From Fidelibacterota bacterium (GTDB taxonomy: Bacteria > Fidelibacterota > UBA8477 > JABMPR01), in the NCBI GenBank assembly GCA_013202385.1, contig JABMOT010000171.1, forward strand, positions 1 to 46,390: a DNA stretch of 46,390 nt. Reading direction: 5' to 3'. Shown piece after piece: positions 18,989 to 28,475 of this stretch. The notes under the pieces were generated by a model. The model saw nothing but the letters and a program-made list of their open reading frames with translations, was not told where the DNA came from and did not search any database. The first letter of the stretch is position 1. The number at the start of each line of letters is the position of its first letter. The translations under genes were made by a program, and so were the position numbers.

Positions 18989-21900
18989 ATGACGACGACA
19001 ATCGAGCAAAAACGCACATTAAAATGGCTGATATCACTCCTCCTTTCTCTGGCTCTGAGCCAGGGAATAATGGGAGCTGACAAAATTCGAAGAGGCTCAC
19101 TTGAGTGGTTCGTGAATGGTCCTGAAAAGACATGGACCCAGACAGACTTCCGTCTCTATAATGAGTGGCGTGAAAATAAGCTATCCAAGGCAGTGGCCGA
19201 GGATGAACAGCTCCTGCGGCGCCAAAAAGCCATTATGAATGGCAATAAAATCACCACTGAAATATGGAACTATGGCTCTATTTCCCGACCCGGAAATACC
19301 ATTACTGACATTGTCTGGGAAGGTTTGGGTTATGGCTATGAATTTGGCCCCTTTATTTGCGCTGAAGTGGATGTTCAGTCTGATTCTCATGAGGATGCCT
19401 ATATTGCCGTCGATGCTGAGGGAGACACCTTGGTCTATGAAAATGGAGATCCGATCTGGCGAGCCCAGGTTATCAGCGATGGATTGACATCCAACGGGGG
19501 TGAGACTTCGCCTGATGGTCAGGACTTCTGGGGTTGGTCACCTCTGGCTTTTGATGATGCGGGTATCATCCCCTTTGCCGATCCTTTGACAGACAGAATG
19601 CCCATTAGTAATGACCTTGACCGCGATGGTGACGGTAAACCAGACAGTTGGCCAGCTGGTTGGTATAGTGAGAGTCTTGAGAAATATGTCTGGCCTGGAG
19701 CGCTGAAACAAGGATCAGCCAATTCAGATATGGAAATTTACTTTGTTGTGGATGACCGTATGAATCGCGAGTTTGCCTACTATCCCTTCTCGGATGACTC
19801 TTCAAAACAGGGTTTGGGGATTGCCATCGAATGTCGTTACTATCAATGGTCAAATCCTCTGGCAGAAGACATTATCTTTCTGGTTTACAAGGTCACCAAT
19901 AAAAGTGAAAAAGATCTTGAGGATGTGATCTTTGGCATGTGGGGTGATCCCCATATTGGAGGACCCTCCAACTATAACGATGATCTCTCTTTCTTTGATC
20001 ATGAACTGAACATGGTTTATGCCTGGGATGAAGATGGTCGCTCGGATAAGGTGGGTTCTGTCCCCGGATATTTTGGCTATAAGTTTCTGGAATCCCCAGG
20101 AAATCCCTATGATGGTTTGGACAACGATCAAGATGGTATGATCGACGAAAGCTGGACCAATGGGATTGATGATGATGGCGATTGGAACCCAGAGAAGGAT
20201 GATGTAGGTCTTGATGGTGTCGCTAACACCGGCGATGAGGGCGAAAGTGATGGAGTTCCTACCGCAGGCGATCCGTACGATCCCAGGCAACCGGGTGAAC
20301 CGAATTATGAATTTACCGATATCGATGAATCTGATATGATTGGCCTGACCAGTTTTGCATCTCCGCAATTCGGATCGCCGAACTATATCAGAAATGATGA
20401 TTACATCATTAATGAGTATTTGCAGCCTGGATATTATGACTCAAGTGGGGCTGCTTTAGCCGGTGATAATATCTTTTTGTATGGCTCAGGTAAATTCCCC
20501 CTTCCAAGAGATGAAAGTCGAAGATTCTCGATTGGTCTTATCATCGGTCAAGATTTTGATGATCTCACTTTAAACGCTGAAACCGCCAATCAGATTTATC
20601 AGAGTAATTATCAATTTGCGACACCTCCCCCAAAACCAAATGTTATTGCCGTAGCTGGCGATCAAAAAGTAACCCTGTACTGGGATGATATCGCTGAGGA
20701 TGCTTATGATCCGATCTCTGAGAGCAATGATTTTGAGGGTTACGTGATTTATCGAAGTACCGATCCATCTTTTCTCGATCAACAAACCATTACTGACTCC
20801 TATGGATCAAAATTTCTTTTTGAACCGCTCAAAATGGGTAACGGAGCCGAAGCTCGATTTGACCTGGACAATGAATATGTTGGATTGAGTAGTGTACCTT
20901 ATGCCAATCGTGGTTCAAGTTATTATCTGGGGAACAACACTGGAATTCGGCATGCCTTTGTCGACTCGAACCAGGTGATGAACGGTCAAACCTACTACTA
21001 CGCTGTTGTCTCCTATGATCATGGTGTTATTGAGCTTGAAATTGCACCCACTGAGTGTTCAAAAAACATTACGCTCAACCCTGAGAGCAATGAAATATTC
21101 CTGGATGCGAATACGGTTAGAGTCGTCCCAACCGCCCCAGCAGCGGGCTACATACCAGGCATTGTAAACGATGGAAGTATCCTCCATACCAGCGGTGTGG
21201 CTACTGGACAGCTTGCTATTAATGTTTTGGACGCTGACAGGGTCCAGGAATCCAACGCCTTTGAGATCAACTTTCAGGAGAACCCAACCCGCTTCTCGAT
21301 TCACGACATCAAACCCAACGAATTGCCAGTGACACTCATAGGGAGTCAATGGTTTCAGATGCCCTATCAGAATATTTACGATTCGACATTTACACTGGTA
21401 AATATTAGCACAAACGCAGAATATGATCGAGATATCGATTTTATTTTCTATCCAGATATTGGTCAATTACAACGTATTGAGACAGGTCATATACTTTCCG
21501 GCGAACCACTCATGGCGATATTCACATACTTCCCTGTTTGGGAGAGCAGTTTTATTGCAGGCGGTCCCCTGAACCCCATTTTTGATGGGATGACGATAAC
21601 GGTTGCTGATCAGGAATTAGGTATCATAGAAGCTATTTCGGAGTGGAGCTCTGGTAGTCAGACCACCTGGGAAGCCAGTATCGCCCCCTTCACTGGTGAT
21701 CTCACAAAACGTTTCCCTGCAGATTATGAGATTCGATTTTTTAATCAGAATGTAGATACTGCAAAGTTTTACCCGGTTGCTGCACCCTTCGAAGTTTGGG
21801 ATGTGACTCCAGGTCAAATTCCCGAAAAACGGGTCTTTGAAGTGTTAGAACCCATCGCTACAAAAGATTCCTTGTGGCAGAGGAGTGAACCCATCATCAT

Positions 21901-22411
21901 TTACAAAAGCAATGATGGAAATTTTGATTTCGGGTGGGAGGTTACTTTCTCACTACCAAGTACTGGTGATACCGTGAGTGCTGGATCGGGCGATATCTAT
22001 GCCTTTTTCACGTCTCGCCCCTTTACTGAGGAAGATGTTTACGGGTTTTCAACCAGCGCTTCCCATATCAACAATGAGGCAGCCAAGGCCGCCCTGGATG
22101 ACATCTGTGTTGTACCTAATCCGTATGTGGCCGTTTCAGCATTTGAACCCTATGATTATCAGCATCTTTTGGATCGCGGAGATCGCTTGGTTTATTTTGA
22201 CAATCTCCCCACAGAATGTACGATCCGCATCTATACAATCGCTGGAGAGCATGTAAAAACCATCGAGCATAGCTCCTTCATGAGTGATGCTCAGGAATTC
22301 TGGAATCTTACCAGTAAGGATAATTTCCCAATCTCTTATGGTATCTATTTGTACCATGTGGATGCCGGCGACCTTGGTCAAAAGATCGGACGAATTGCGG
22401 TGATCAAATGA
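18989..22411 (+). CDS. secreted TBDR-partner protein #2 with Asp-rich Ca-binding insert, FN3-like domain and variant VVPNPY CTD
   Basis: ATG 18989 with GAGG RBS; DRDGDG and DNDQDG..DE motifs; PPPKP linker then VTLYWD..FEGY.IYRS; CTD ICVVPNPY...YFDNLPTECTIRIYT...WNL...GIYLYH...GRIAVIK. Confidence 0.85.
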   Translation: MTTTIEQKRTLKWLISLLLSLALSQGIMGADKIRRGSLEWFVNGPEKTWTQTDFRLYNEWRENKLSKAVAEDEQLLRRQKAIMNGNKITTEIWNYGSISRPGNTITDIVWEGLGYGYEFGPFICAEVDVQSDSHEDAYIAVDAEGDTLVYENGDPIWRAQVISDGLTSNGGETSPDGQDFWGWSPLAFDDAGIIPFADPLTDRMPISNDLDRDGDGKPDSWPAGWYSESLEKYVWPGALKQGSANSDMEIYFVVDDRMNREFAYYPFSDDSSKQGLGIAIECRYYQWSNPLAEDIIFLVYKVTNKSEKDLEDVIFGMWGDPHIGGPSNYNDDLSFFDHELNMVYAWDEDGRSDKVGSVPGYFGYKFLESPGNPYDGLDNDQDGMIDESWTNGIDDDGDWNPEKDDVGLDGVANTGDEGESDGVPTAGDPYDPRQPGEPNYEFTDIDESDMIGLTSFASPQFGSPNYIRNDDYIINEYLQPGYYDSSGAALAGDNIFLYGSGKFPLPRDESRRFSIGLIIGQDFDDLTLNAETANQIYQSNYQFATPPPKPNVIAVAGDQKVTLYWDDIAEDAYDPISESNDFEGYVIYRSTDPSFLDQQTITDSYGSKFLFEPLKMGNGAEARFDLDNEYVGLSSVPYANRGSSYYLGNNTGIRHAFVDSNQVMNGQTYYYAVVSYDHGVIELEIAPTECSKNITLNPESNEIFLDANTVRVVPTAPAAGYIPGIVNDGSILHTSGVATGQLAINVLDADRVQESNAFEINFQENPTRFSIHDIKPNELPVTLIGSQWFQMPYQNIYDSTFTLVNISTNAEYDRDIDFIFYPDIGQLQRIETGHILSGEPLMAIFTYFPVWESSFIAGGPLNPIFDGMTITVADQELGIIEAISEWSSGSQTTWEASIAPFTGDLTKRFPADYEIRFFNQNVDTAKFYPVAAPFEVWDVTPGQIPEKRVFEVLEPIATKDSLWQRSEPIIIYKSNDGNFDFGWEVTFSLPSTGDTVSAGSGDIYAFFTSRPFTEEDVYGFSTSASHINNEAAKAALDDICVVPNPYVAVSAFEPYDYQHLLDRGDRLVYFDNLPTECTIRIYTIAGEHVKTIEHSSFMSDAQEFWNLTSKDNFPISYGIYLYHVDAGDLGQKIGRIAVIK

Positions 22412-23460
22412 GGACGCTGATTATGACCCGAAAAATAGTAGTGATAACCTTGATACTAATTTTTTGCACGAATACACTCTTCGCCCAAATTGGTAATTCC
22501 CAGACGATTACCAAAACGGGGACAACAGCGGCAGCGTTTTTAAAAATTGCTCCTGATCCTCGAGCAGCGGCTATGGGCAATGCCTTTATTTCCATCCCTG
22601 GCGATTTGAGTTCCATGCACTGGAATCCAGCTGGTTTGGATCACATCACTCGGAGTGAGGTTTTGTTTGTCAACAATAAGTGGTTGGCTGATATTGATTA
22701 CTTATTCATGGCCATGGCTGTGAAGTTGCCCTCCATCGGTACAGTTGGGATAAGTGCCACAAGTCTGAGTATTCCGCAAGATCTCGTTCGGACGGAGATT
22801 AAACCTGACGGGACTGGCGAATATTGGTCGGCTCAGGACCTGTCACTGACCCTTTCCATTTCACGGCGACTCACTGACCGGTTTTCTATAGGGGGCAACG
22901 CAAAATTTATCAGTGAGCGAATCTGGCACGAATCAAGTGCCAACATCGCCTTGGATTTTGGAACCTTGTATGATATGCCCATCGGTGGCATCCGTTTGGC
23001 CGGTGTACTATCCAATTATGGTCCCAAAATGGGTTTAAGCGGCCGTGATCTGTATTTCAGCTCGGATCCCGACCCCATCAAAAGCGGAACGGTCACTTTT
23101 GTAAATTCGGAATATCAAACCGACGATTACCCTCTACCCCTGGTCTTCAGAGTGGGACTGTCAGGCGAATTATTCGAAAATCAAAAAGTACGCTTAACCT
23201 GGGCTGCTGATGCACTGCACCCCAATGATAATCTAGAAAGCGTGAACCTTGGTGCAGAGTTGGGTCTGGCGGAGACCGTCTTTCTGAGAGCGGGCTGGTC
23301 ATCTCTCTTTTTACCCGATACTGAAGAGGGACTGACCCTGGGCGCTGGTTTGAACTATCGGATTGGTGGATCACAGAGCATACTAAAGGTTAATTACAGT
23401 TATTCTGATCATGGACGATTAAAGAGTGTCCAACGATTTTCACTCGGCTTAGCGTTTTAA
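22408..23460 (+). CDS. PorV/PorQ-like outer-membrane beta-barrel #2
   Basis: AAFLKIAPDPRAAAMG and WNPAGL motifs; C-terminal F; ATGA overlap with partner #2 (alternative start 22423). Confidence 0.85.
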   Translation: MRTLIMTRKIVVITLILIFCTNTLFAQIGNSQTITKTGTTAAAFLKIAPDPRAAAMGNAFISIPGDLSSMHWNPAGLDHITRSEVLFVNNKWLADIDYLFMAMAVKLPSIGTVGISATSLSIPQDLVRTEIKPDGTGEYWSAQDLSLTLSISRRLTDRFSIGGNAKFISERIWHESSANIALDFGTLYDMPIGGIRLAGVLSNYGPKMGLSGRDLYFSSDPDPIKSGTVTFVNSEYQTDDYPLPLVFRVGLSGELFENQKVRLTWAADALHPNDNLESVNLGAELGLAETVFLRAGWSSLFLPDTEEGLTLGAGLNYRIGGSQSILKVNYSYSDHGRLKSVQRFSLGLAF

Positions 23461-23574
23461 TCAAGCGCTAATATAGGCTCTACCCATAGAGTGATCGGGG
23501 GCTTTAATACCTCGGCCAACTTTTCCGCAAGAATTAGATTAGTTGGTTGATCAGTTTAGAGAAAGGAATTCACA

Positions 23575-25089
23575 GTGCCCTTGTTTTTCAATCTACCCAA
23601 TGAATGGATATCATTCTTCCTTTTCTTTGGCATTATTATGTTTTTTATTGGTATCGCTGAAATTTCCCGAAAAGTTCTACATATATCCCCGGAATTGACC
23701 CGCAAATTTGTCCACGTTATGGTTGGCATCCTGGTTTCCCTGGCACCCTTTTTCCTCACTGCAAAACTGCCCGTCATTTTACTTGGAATAATTTTTACCT
23801 TTCTGAACTATGTCGCTTTAAAAAAGGATGGTTTGAAGGGCATGCATACAACTGAACGCATCTCATTTGGAACTGTCTATTTCCCCATCGCCTTTACCCT
23901 CCTTGTGATCATGTTCTGGGATCGAAATATCGTTATTTTTATTGTGGCTATGCTGATTCTTGCCTTTGCGGACACAGCTGCAACCGTGGTTGGAGAGCGG
24001 ATTAATTCAAAAAATAAATTTATTTTATGGCACGACAAAAAAAGCTGGCCTGGCAGCATAGCATTCTTTACCACGGCTTTAGTGGTCATGTTGACCTGCT
24101 ATCCAATCTACACTGGATTTTTGAATGATAATCCGCTGCCCCTGATTCATCTGGTAGGGATGTCAGTATTTGTCGCATTTGTCTCTACAGTAGCTGAAGC
24201 TGTTTCAAAACGCGGTAGCGACAACCTTACATTGACCTTAACCGCCGCTCTTGGCATGGATCTTTACCTCACCAGTATGAATAACGGAACTCTGGTTGCA
24301 CTTTCAGGTTGGTTCATCGTTTCTTTTATTTTAGGATTCGGGGCATTTAAGCTAAAAGCACTGAGCGTCAGTGGTGGATTTGGTGCTTTTCTTCTGGGTG
24401 TCTTCATGTTTGGAATGGGTGGTTGGCACACAACCCTCCCCCTGATCGGCTTTTTTGTATTGTCAAGTCTACTCTCAAAAATCGCAGACAGACAATCCAA
24501 ACCAGATGTCATTCTCTCTAAGGGATCTCAGCGCGATATTGTCCAGGTTTACGCAAATGGCGGAATTCCGTTGATAATCACCATAGCCTGGTATCTGTCC
24601 AGCTTTTCAATAGAATGGCTGTATTGGGCATTTCTGGCCTCCCTGGCAAGCGCCACGTCTGATACTTGGGAAACAGAGATTGGCAGCTTTAGCAAAAAGC
24701 TACCGCTGAATATATTAACCTGGAAGCGTGTTGCGAAAGGTTACTCGGGTGGTGTATCATTTCTGGGAACCCTTGGAGGTCTCGTGGGTGCCGTATCAAT
24801 CATAGCCATATCTTATTTTATGGGTTACCTCGAGTGGGACCCTGCTTTGATCGCAGTCATTATTTTTTCAGGATTTCTTGGCAGCGTTGTAGATAGCATT
24901 CTTGGTGCCAGTATCCAGGCCAAATTCACCTGTGAAGTGTGTGGGAAATCAACAGAGCGCTTGAGTCATTGCCACCAGGAGACACGCCATGTATCTGGAT
25001 ATCTCTGGCTTGACAATGATTGGATCAATGTAGCCGGCTCCCTTTCGGGGGGCGTCATTTTCGTGTTGGCATATTATTTTACGTTTTAA
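23575..25089 (+). CDS. fusion of CTP-dependent prenol (phytol/dolichol-type) kinase and DUF92/TMEM19 domain
   Basis: N-half RKFVH, ADTAATVVG, KKSWPGS, SDNL (dolichol/phytol kinase motifs). C-half QVYANGG, SDTWETEIG, GGVSFLGT, DSILGA, CEVC..HC, DNDWIN (DUF92). Confidence 0.85.
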   Translation: MPLFFNLPNEWISFFLFFGIIMFFIGIAEISRKVLHISPELTRKFVHVMVGILVSLAPFFLTAKLPVILLGIIFTFLNYVALKKDGLKGMHTTERISFGTVYFPIAFTLLVIMFWDRNIVIFIVAMLILAFADTAATVVGERINSKNKFILWHDKKSWPGSIAFFTTALVVMLTCYPIYTGFLNDNPLPLIHLVGMSVFVAFVSTVAEAVSKRGSDNLTLTLTAALGMDLYLTSMNNGTLVALSGWFIVSFILGFGAFKLKALSVSGGFGAFLLGVFMFGMGGWHTTLPLIGFFVLSSLLSKIADRQSKPDVILSKGSQRDIVQVYANGGIPLIITIAWYLSSFSIEWLYWAFLASLASATSDTWETEIGSFSKKLPLNILTWKRVAKGYSGGVSFLGTLGGLVGAVSIIAISYFMGYLEWDPALIAVIIFSGFLGSVVDSILGASIQAKFTCEVCGKSTERLSHCHQETRHVSGYLWLDNDWINVAGSLSGGVIFVLAYYFTF

Positions 25090-25118
25090 TAGATTTCAGA
25101 TGATATCATAAATTGATT

Positions 25119-25166
25119 AAAAAACCAGGCACGGTTTCGAAACCGCGCCTGGTTTATTTCTTTTTT
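25119..25166. terminator. bidirectional terminator between convergent genes
   Basis: AAAAAACCAGGCACGGTT-TCGA-AACCGCGCCTGGTTTATTTCTTTTTT, with T-tracts on both strands. Confidence 0.85.
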
Positions 25167-25179
25167 AAAAAATCGACTG

Positions 25180-28100
25180 CTATTTCAGTAGCAGAATTCG
25201 TCTCCCTTGAATTCCAAGTTTAGTCTCCAGGACAACTATATAAACACCAGTAGCATAATCACTGCCGCTAAAGCGTATTTTATGTTCACCTTCCGTGAGC
25301 CGATCATTGATAAGTTGTTCTAGCTCCCGCCCCCTAATATCAAAGATAGAGAGTCGCACCTGCATTGGATCAGGTATTGAAAAACTCAACATAGTTTCAG
25401 GATTAAAGGGGTTGGGATAATTTTGATTTAGCCGAAACGCTGTGGGCTGTTGAAAAGACTCCTCATTTACAGAAACCCCAGGCATTCTTTTGATGATTCT
25501 GAAGTTATCTAGATATACACGACCACTTACTTCACCAAATTCTGGATCATAGGTCAATTGGAAACTATCCGCACGATAATTCGTTCCATCCAGAACCCCA
25601 CTACCAGTAAGCCATGTTCCTACCATGCTGGGATCACTCAGATCCCATTCGAGTAGTCTCCAGCCCTCCCAGTCGATTGTGTACCAGGTAGAAACTTCAC
25701 TTGTTATCCAACTACTGCCATCGCCTTCATCAATGGCGAAACGGAATTTATTGTTACTAGCATCACCATAGATATAACACTGGATGTTGTAGGAAGTGTC
25801 GAAATATACACTTGCGGGCGGCGCTGTATCCGGGATGTACTCTCTCAACAGATGTGAGCTTACGGTGGTGTCCCATTGATAAGCGATATATGCTGATTTT
25901 AAACCCTGATTGTAGATACTTGATGCAGGCAGATAATTACTGGTTGAGTAGCCAAAGGTTGTTGCAGAACCAATGGTGCCCGCGGTTGAGCCGCTCCCCT
26001 CAGGATCCCACCAGCCATTCATTGCTGTAAAATTATCTATGTCTATTATTTCAGAGTAATGTTCATTGAATGTAGTGAAAGATACTGAAATCACTTCATC
26101 CAAGGGATTCCCAATGGTATCCGAGATACTTTCTGCCAGGGTTATGGTATAATCGCTTGCAGCGTGAAGGGGTTCAAACAGCTTGATATCCAGCACCGAT
26201 TTTCCATAATATCCAGTCATCAGGAAACCAAATTCCTGTTCTTCTCCGGCTTGGCTAAAACTGATAGCGTCCATGGTCACGCTTTCACGATCCAATTCTT
26301 CATCAAAAACAAAAGAGATCACACCTTCAACATCAAAATCTTCAGCGGCGATAGTAAAATCAGGTGTACTATATATTACTCTGGGACCTGCTTCATCAAT
26401 TTCTTTTGTAAGGAAAGTATAGCTAAGGGTACCGCCGGCTACCCCGTCTGCGTCACCGTCAAAAGCGACCCCGTTAATGTCTTGAGCAACATCGCTGAGT
26501 GACACTGTATAAGCCGTAAGGAAATCCAAATTATTCAGAGGATATACGGTGAGGCGGTGATTTGACTCAGACCAGCTATAAATATCAACACCAATATCAG
26601 GAGAAAAACTAAGTGCAGACTCAACTGAAACGATGTTCATAGATTTGCTGAAATTGAATGTCAGAGGAGTGTTCACATTAACTGTGTCGTCTGGTTCGGG
26701 GTAGACATATAGAGCCACAGGAGCAAATGATTCCAATACGGAAGATTCAACACCAACAGCAGGCAGTGACTCGTTCCAATATCTGTCCAGCATGGTAGCA
26801 CTATAAAAATAGCTGCTGTTGTGATCCTGGGTTCCGTCAAATGATTCGGTTATAGTAAAGGTATCTGCACCAAAAAGCACACCAATAATCTTGCTCTCAT
26901 CTACATCGAATTCATCGGTCTCAGAGCGATAAATCGCCCACCATTGATCTTCTGTGACAGACTCATCAGGCGTAACAGTAATATCGAAAGTGAAATCGTC
27001 AATGATAGCTAGTGAGACCGAAGGCGAGACCGGTGACTCATTTACATAAATACCTGTGTCACGTATTTTAGTCTTCCCGCTAAAAAAGGTTGCGCCGGCT
27101 ATGGGCCAGTATTGATAGCCCTGCCAACTGCCATAGGAGAAGAATTGGAACCCATCTACCCAGTCAATCGATCTACAAGCATTAATCACACTTTCATGCC
27201 GTGACCATACATTATTCAAAGCAAATTGGTAGGATCCGGGACCGGCAGAGTACAATCTGCCTGCATTAACTCCAGGTTGGATGTACAATCCCCAATCATT
27301 TGATAATTCGTTAGTAAAGCCCCCCGATGTTGTCCAATGATAATGCATGGGAGTTAGTTGGTCGATATAGCCCTCGTTAAACCAGAGTGCTGCATCTTGA
27401 AAGACAGCATAGTAGCCATTCCAGCCTCCAGTTCCACCAGCCTTGTATTTTCCTATTGCAGCCACTGACAGACGAACCCAGGGTTTCTGGGTCTGGATAG
27501 AGTCATGGAGGGCATGTACAAATTCTGTAACTGAGGATCGCCAGAATTCCTCCCAAGAGTCATATTCGCTGGGAATTCCTCCCAAATATGAATGTTCAAT
27601 ATCATATGTATAACGTGCAGGATCAACAGAGCGGGCTGCTGCATTATACTCTTTTTCGACCATACCGTCCAAAATCTGTAATTGCGACTCTTCTGATAGC
27701 TGGGTTATTGTAGAGAAATCGCCGGTATCATACTCATTCCAGCGTACATAATCCAAGTGCAATCCATCAATATCATAGTTAGTCACCAATTCCATAGCTA
27801 CATCTAATGTATAATCTCTCACCGCTTGTAAGCCTGGTGATAAAGCACGATATCCAGGCATGGGGTTTCCATCCCCATCACGACAAACCCAATCTGGATG
27901 TGCTAGAGCAGGTGGAAGAGGCGATAATGTGGAGTCCACTGATGAAGTTTGAAAGGTATTGAACCATGCATGCAGTTCCAGACCACGGGCATGCGCCTGT
28001 TCAATGGCATATTGAAGTGGATCATATCCTGGGTCACTGCCACCTGCATAATAGCCCCAAGGTTCGAAGGATGAATTATAATAGGCAGTTCCACCTTGTC

Positions 28101-28308
28101 GCACTTGAAAGAGCACGGCATTCATATTGGCAGCAACATGGTTATCAAGAATGGTTCGGATTCTTGCCTGGTTTTCACTGACTGAGCTCCCTGCGCTGAT
28201 ATGTTCCCAAGTAATAACCCAGGTAGCCCGAAATTCCTGATTATCTGTTTGAGCCCAGATCGTGGACACACCGAACAGTATATAAATGTATATCCTCTGC
28301 CAATTCAT
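25180..28308 (-). CDS. secreted GHL10/DUF187 (YddW/DigH-like) glycoside hydrolase with Ig-like (SbsA/Big_5) domains, carbohydrate-binding-like domain and T9SS type-A-like CTD
   Basis: Start reassigned to ATG 28308 (GGAGG RBS; the longer ORF starts inside a terminator). EFRATW, NAVLFQVR, YDPL..AIEQAHARGLELHAWFN, YDIDGLHLDY; two FNFSKSM/FVFDEEL Ig-like domains; CTD LNQNYPNPFNP. Confidence 0.87.
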   Translation of the reverse strand: MNWQRIYIYILFGVSTIWAQTDNQEFRATWVITWEHISAGSSVSENQARIRTILDNHVAANMNAVLFQVRQGGTAYYNSSFEPWGYYAGGSDPGYDPLQYAIEQAHARGLELHAWFNTFQTSSVDSTLSPLPPALAHPDWVCRDGDGNPMPGYRALSPGLQAVRDYTLDVAMELVTNYDIDGLHLDYVRWNEYDTGDFSTITQLSEESQLQILDGMVEKEYNAAARSVDPARYTYDIEHSYLGGIPSEYDSWEEFWRSSVTEFVHALHDSIQTQKPWVRLSVAAIGKYKAGGTGGWNGYYAVFQDAALWFNEGYIDQLTPMHYHWTTSGGFTNELSNDWGLYIQPGVNAGRLYSAGPGSYQFALNNVWSRHESVINACRSIDWVDGFQFFSYGSWQGYQYWPIAGATFFSGKTKIRDTGIYVNESPVSPSVSLAIIDDFTFDITVTPDESVTEDQWWAIYRSETDEFDVDESKIIGVLFGADTFTITESFDGTQDHNSSYFYSATMLDRYWNESLPAVGVESSVLESFAPVALYVYPEPDDTVNVNTPLTFNFSKSMNIVSVESALSFSPDIGVDIYSWSESNHRLTVYPLNNLDFLTAYTVSLSDVAQDINGVAFDGDADGVAGGTLSYTFLTKEIDEAGPRVIYSTPDFTIAAEDFDVEGVISFVFDEELDRESVTMDAISFSQAGEEQEFGFLMTGYYGKSVLDIKLFEPLHAASDYTITLAESISDTIGNPLDEVISVSFTTFNEHYSEIIDIDNFTAMNGWWDPEGSGSTAGTIGSATTFGYSTSNYLPASSIYNQGLKSAYIAYQWDTTVSSHLLREYIPDTAPPASVYFDTSYNIQCYIYGDASNNKFRFAIDEGDGSSWITSEVSTWYTIDWEGWRLLEWDLSDPSMVGTWLTGSGVLDGTNYRADSFQLTYDPEFGEVSGRVYLDNFRIIKRMPGVSVNEESFQQPTAFRLNQNYPNPFNPETMLSFSIPDPMQVRLSIFDIRGRELEQLINDRLTEGEHKIRFSGSDYATGVYIVVLETKLGIQGRRILLLK

Positions 28309-28424
28309 ATTTGACTTTCCTCCATTAAATGTTGTCATAAAAGATAATCTGAAAATCCTACGAAGTAAGTATGATTCCTGTACAAACTGATCACATATTC
28401 CCACCTGAATCTGTACAACTAGGC

Positions 28425-28460
28425 ACAAAAAAAAGGCGAGCATAACTCGCCTTTTTTTGT
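28425..28460 (-). terminator. Rho-independent terminator after the 28476 gene
   Basis: ACAAAAAAAAGGCGAG-CATAA-CTCGCCTTTTTTTGT; an 8-U tail on the minus strand. Confidence 0.85.
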
Positions 28461-28475
28461 ACCATTAAGCAGCGT

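Noticed and set aside
19850-20368. 172-aa antisense ORF and the other nested or antisense ORFs of 60-140 aa
   Set aside because: They are shadows of long, motif-supported genes and have no independent coding signal.
23449-23471. Hairpin TTAGCGTTT-TAATC-AAGCGCTAA as terminator after PorV-like #2
   Set aside because: The stem is weak, overlaps the stop codon and has no U-tract.
28309-28443. N-terminal 45-aa extension of the 1087-aa ORF
   Set aside because: It starts inside the upstream terminator; ATG 28308 has a GGAGG RBS and a signal peptide.
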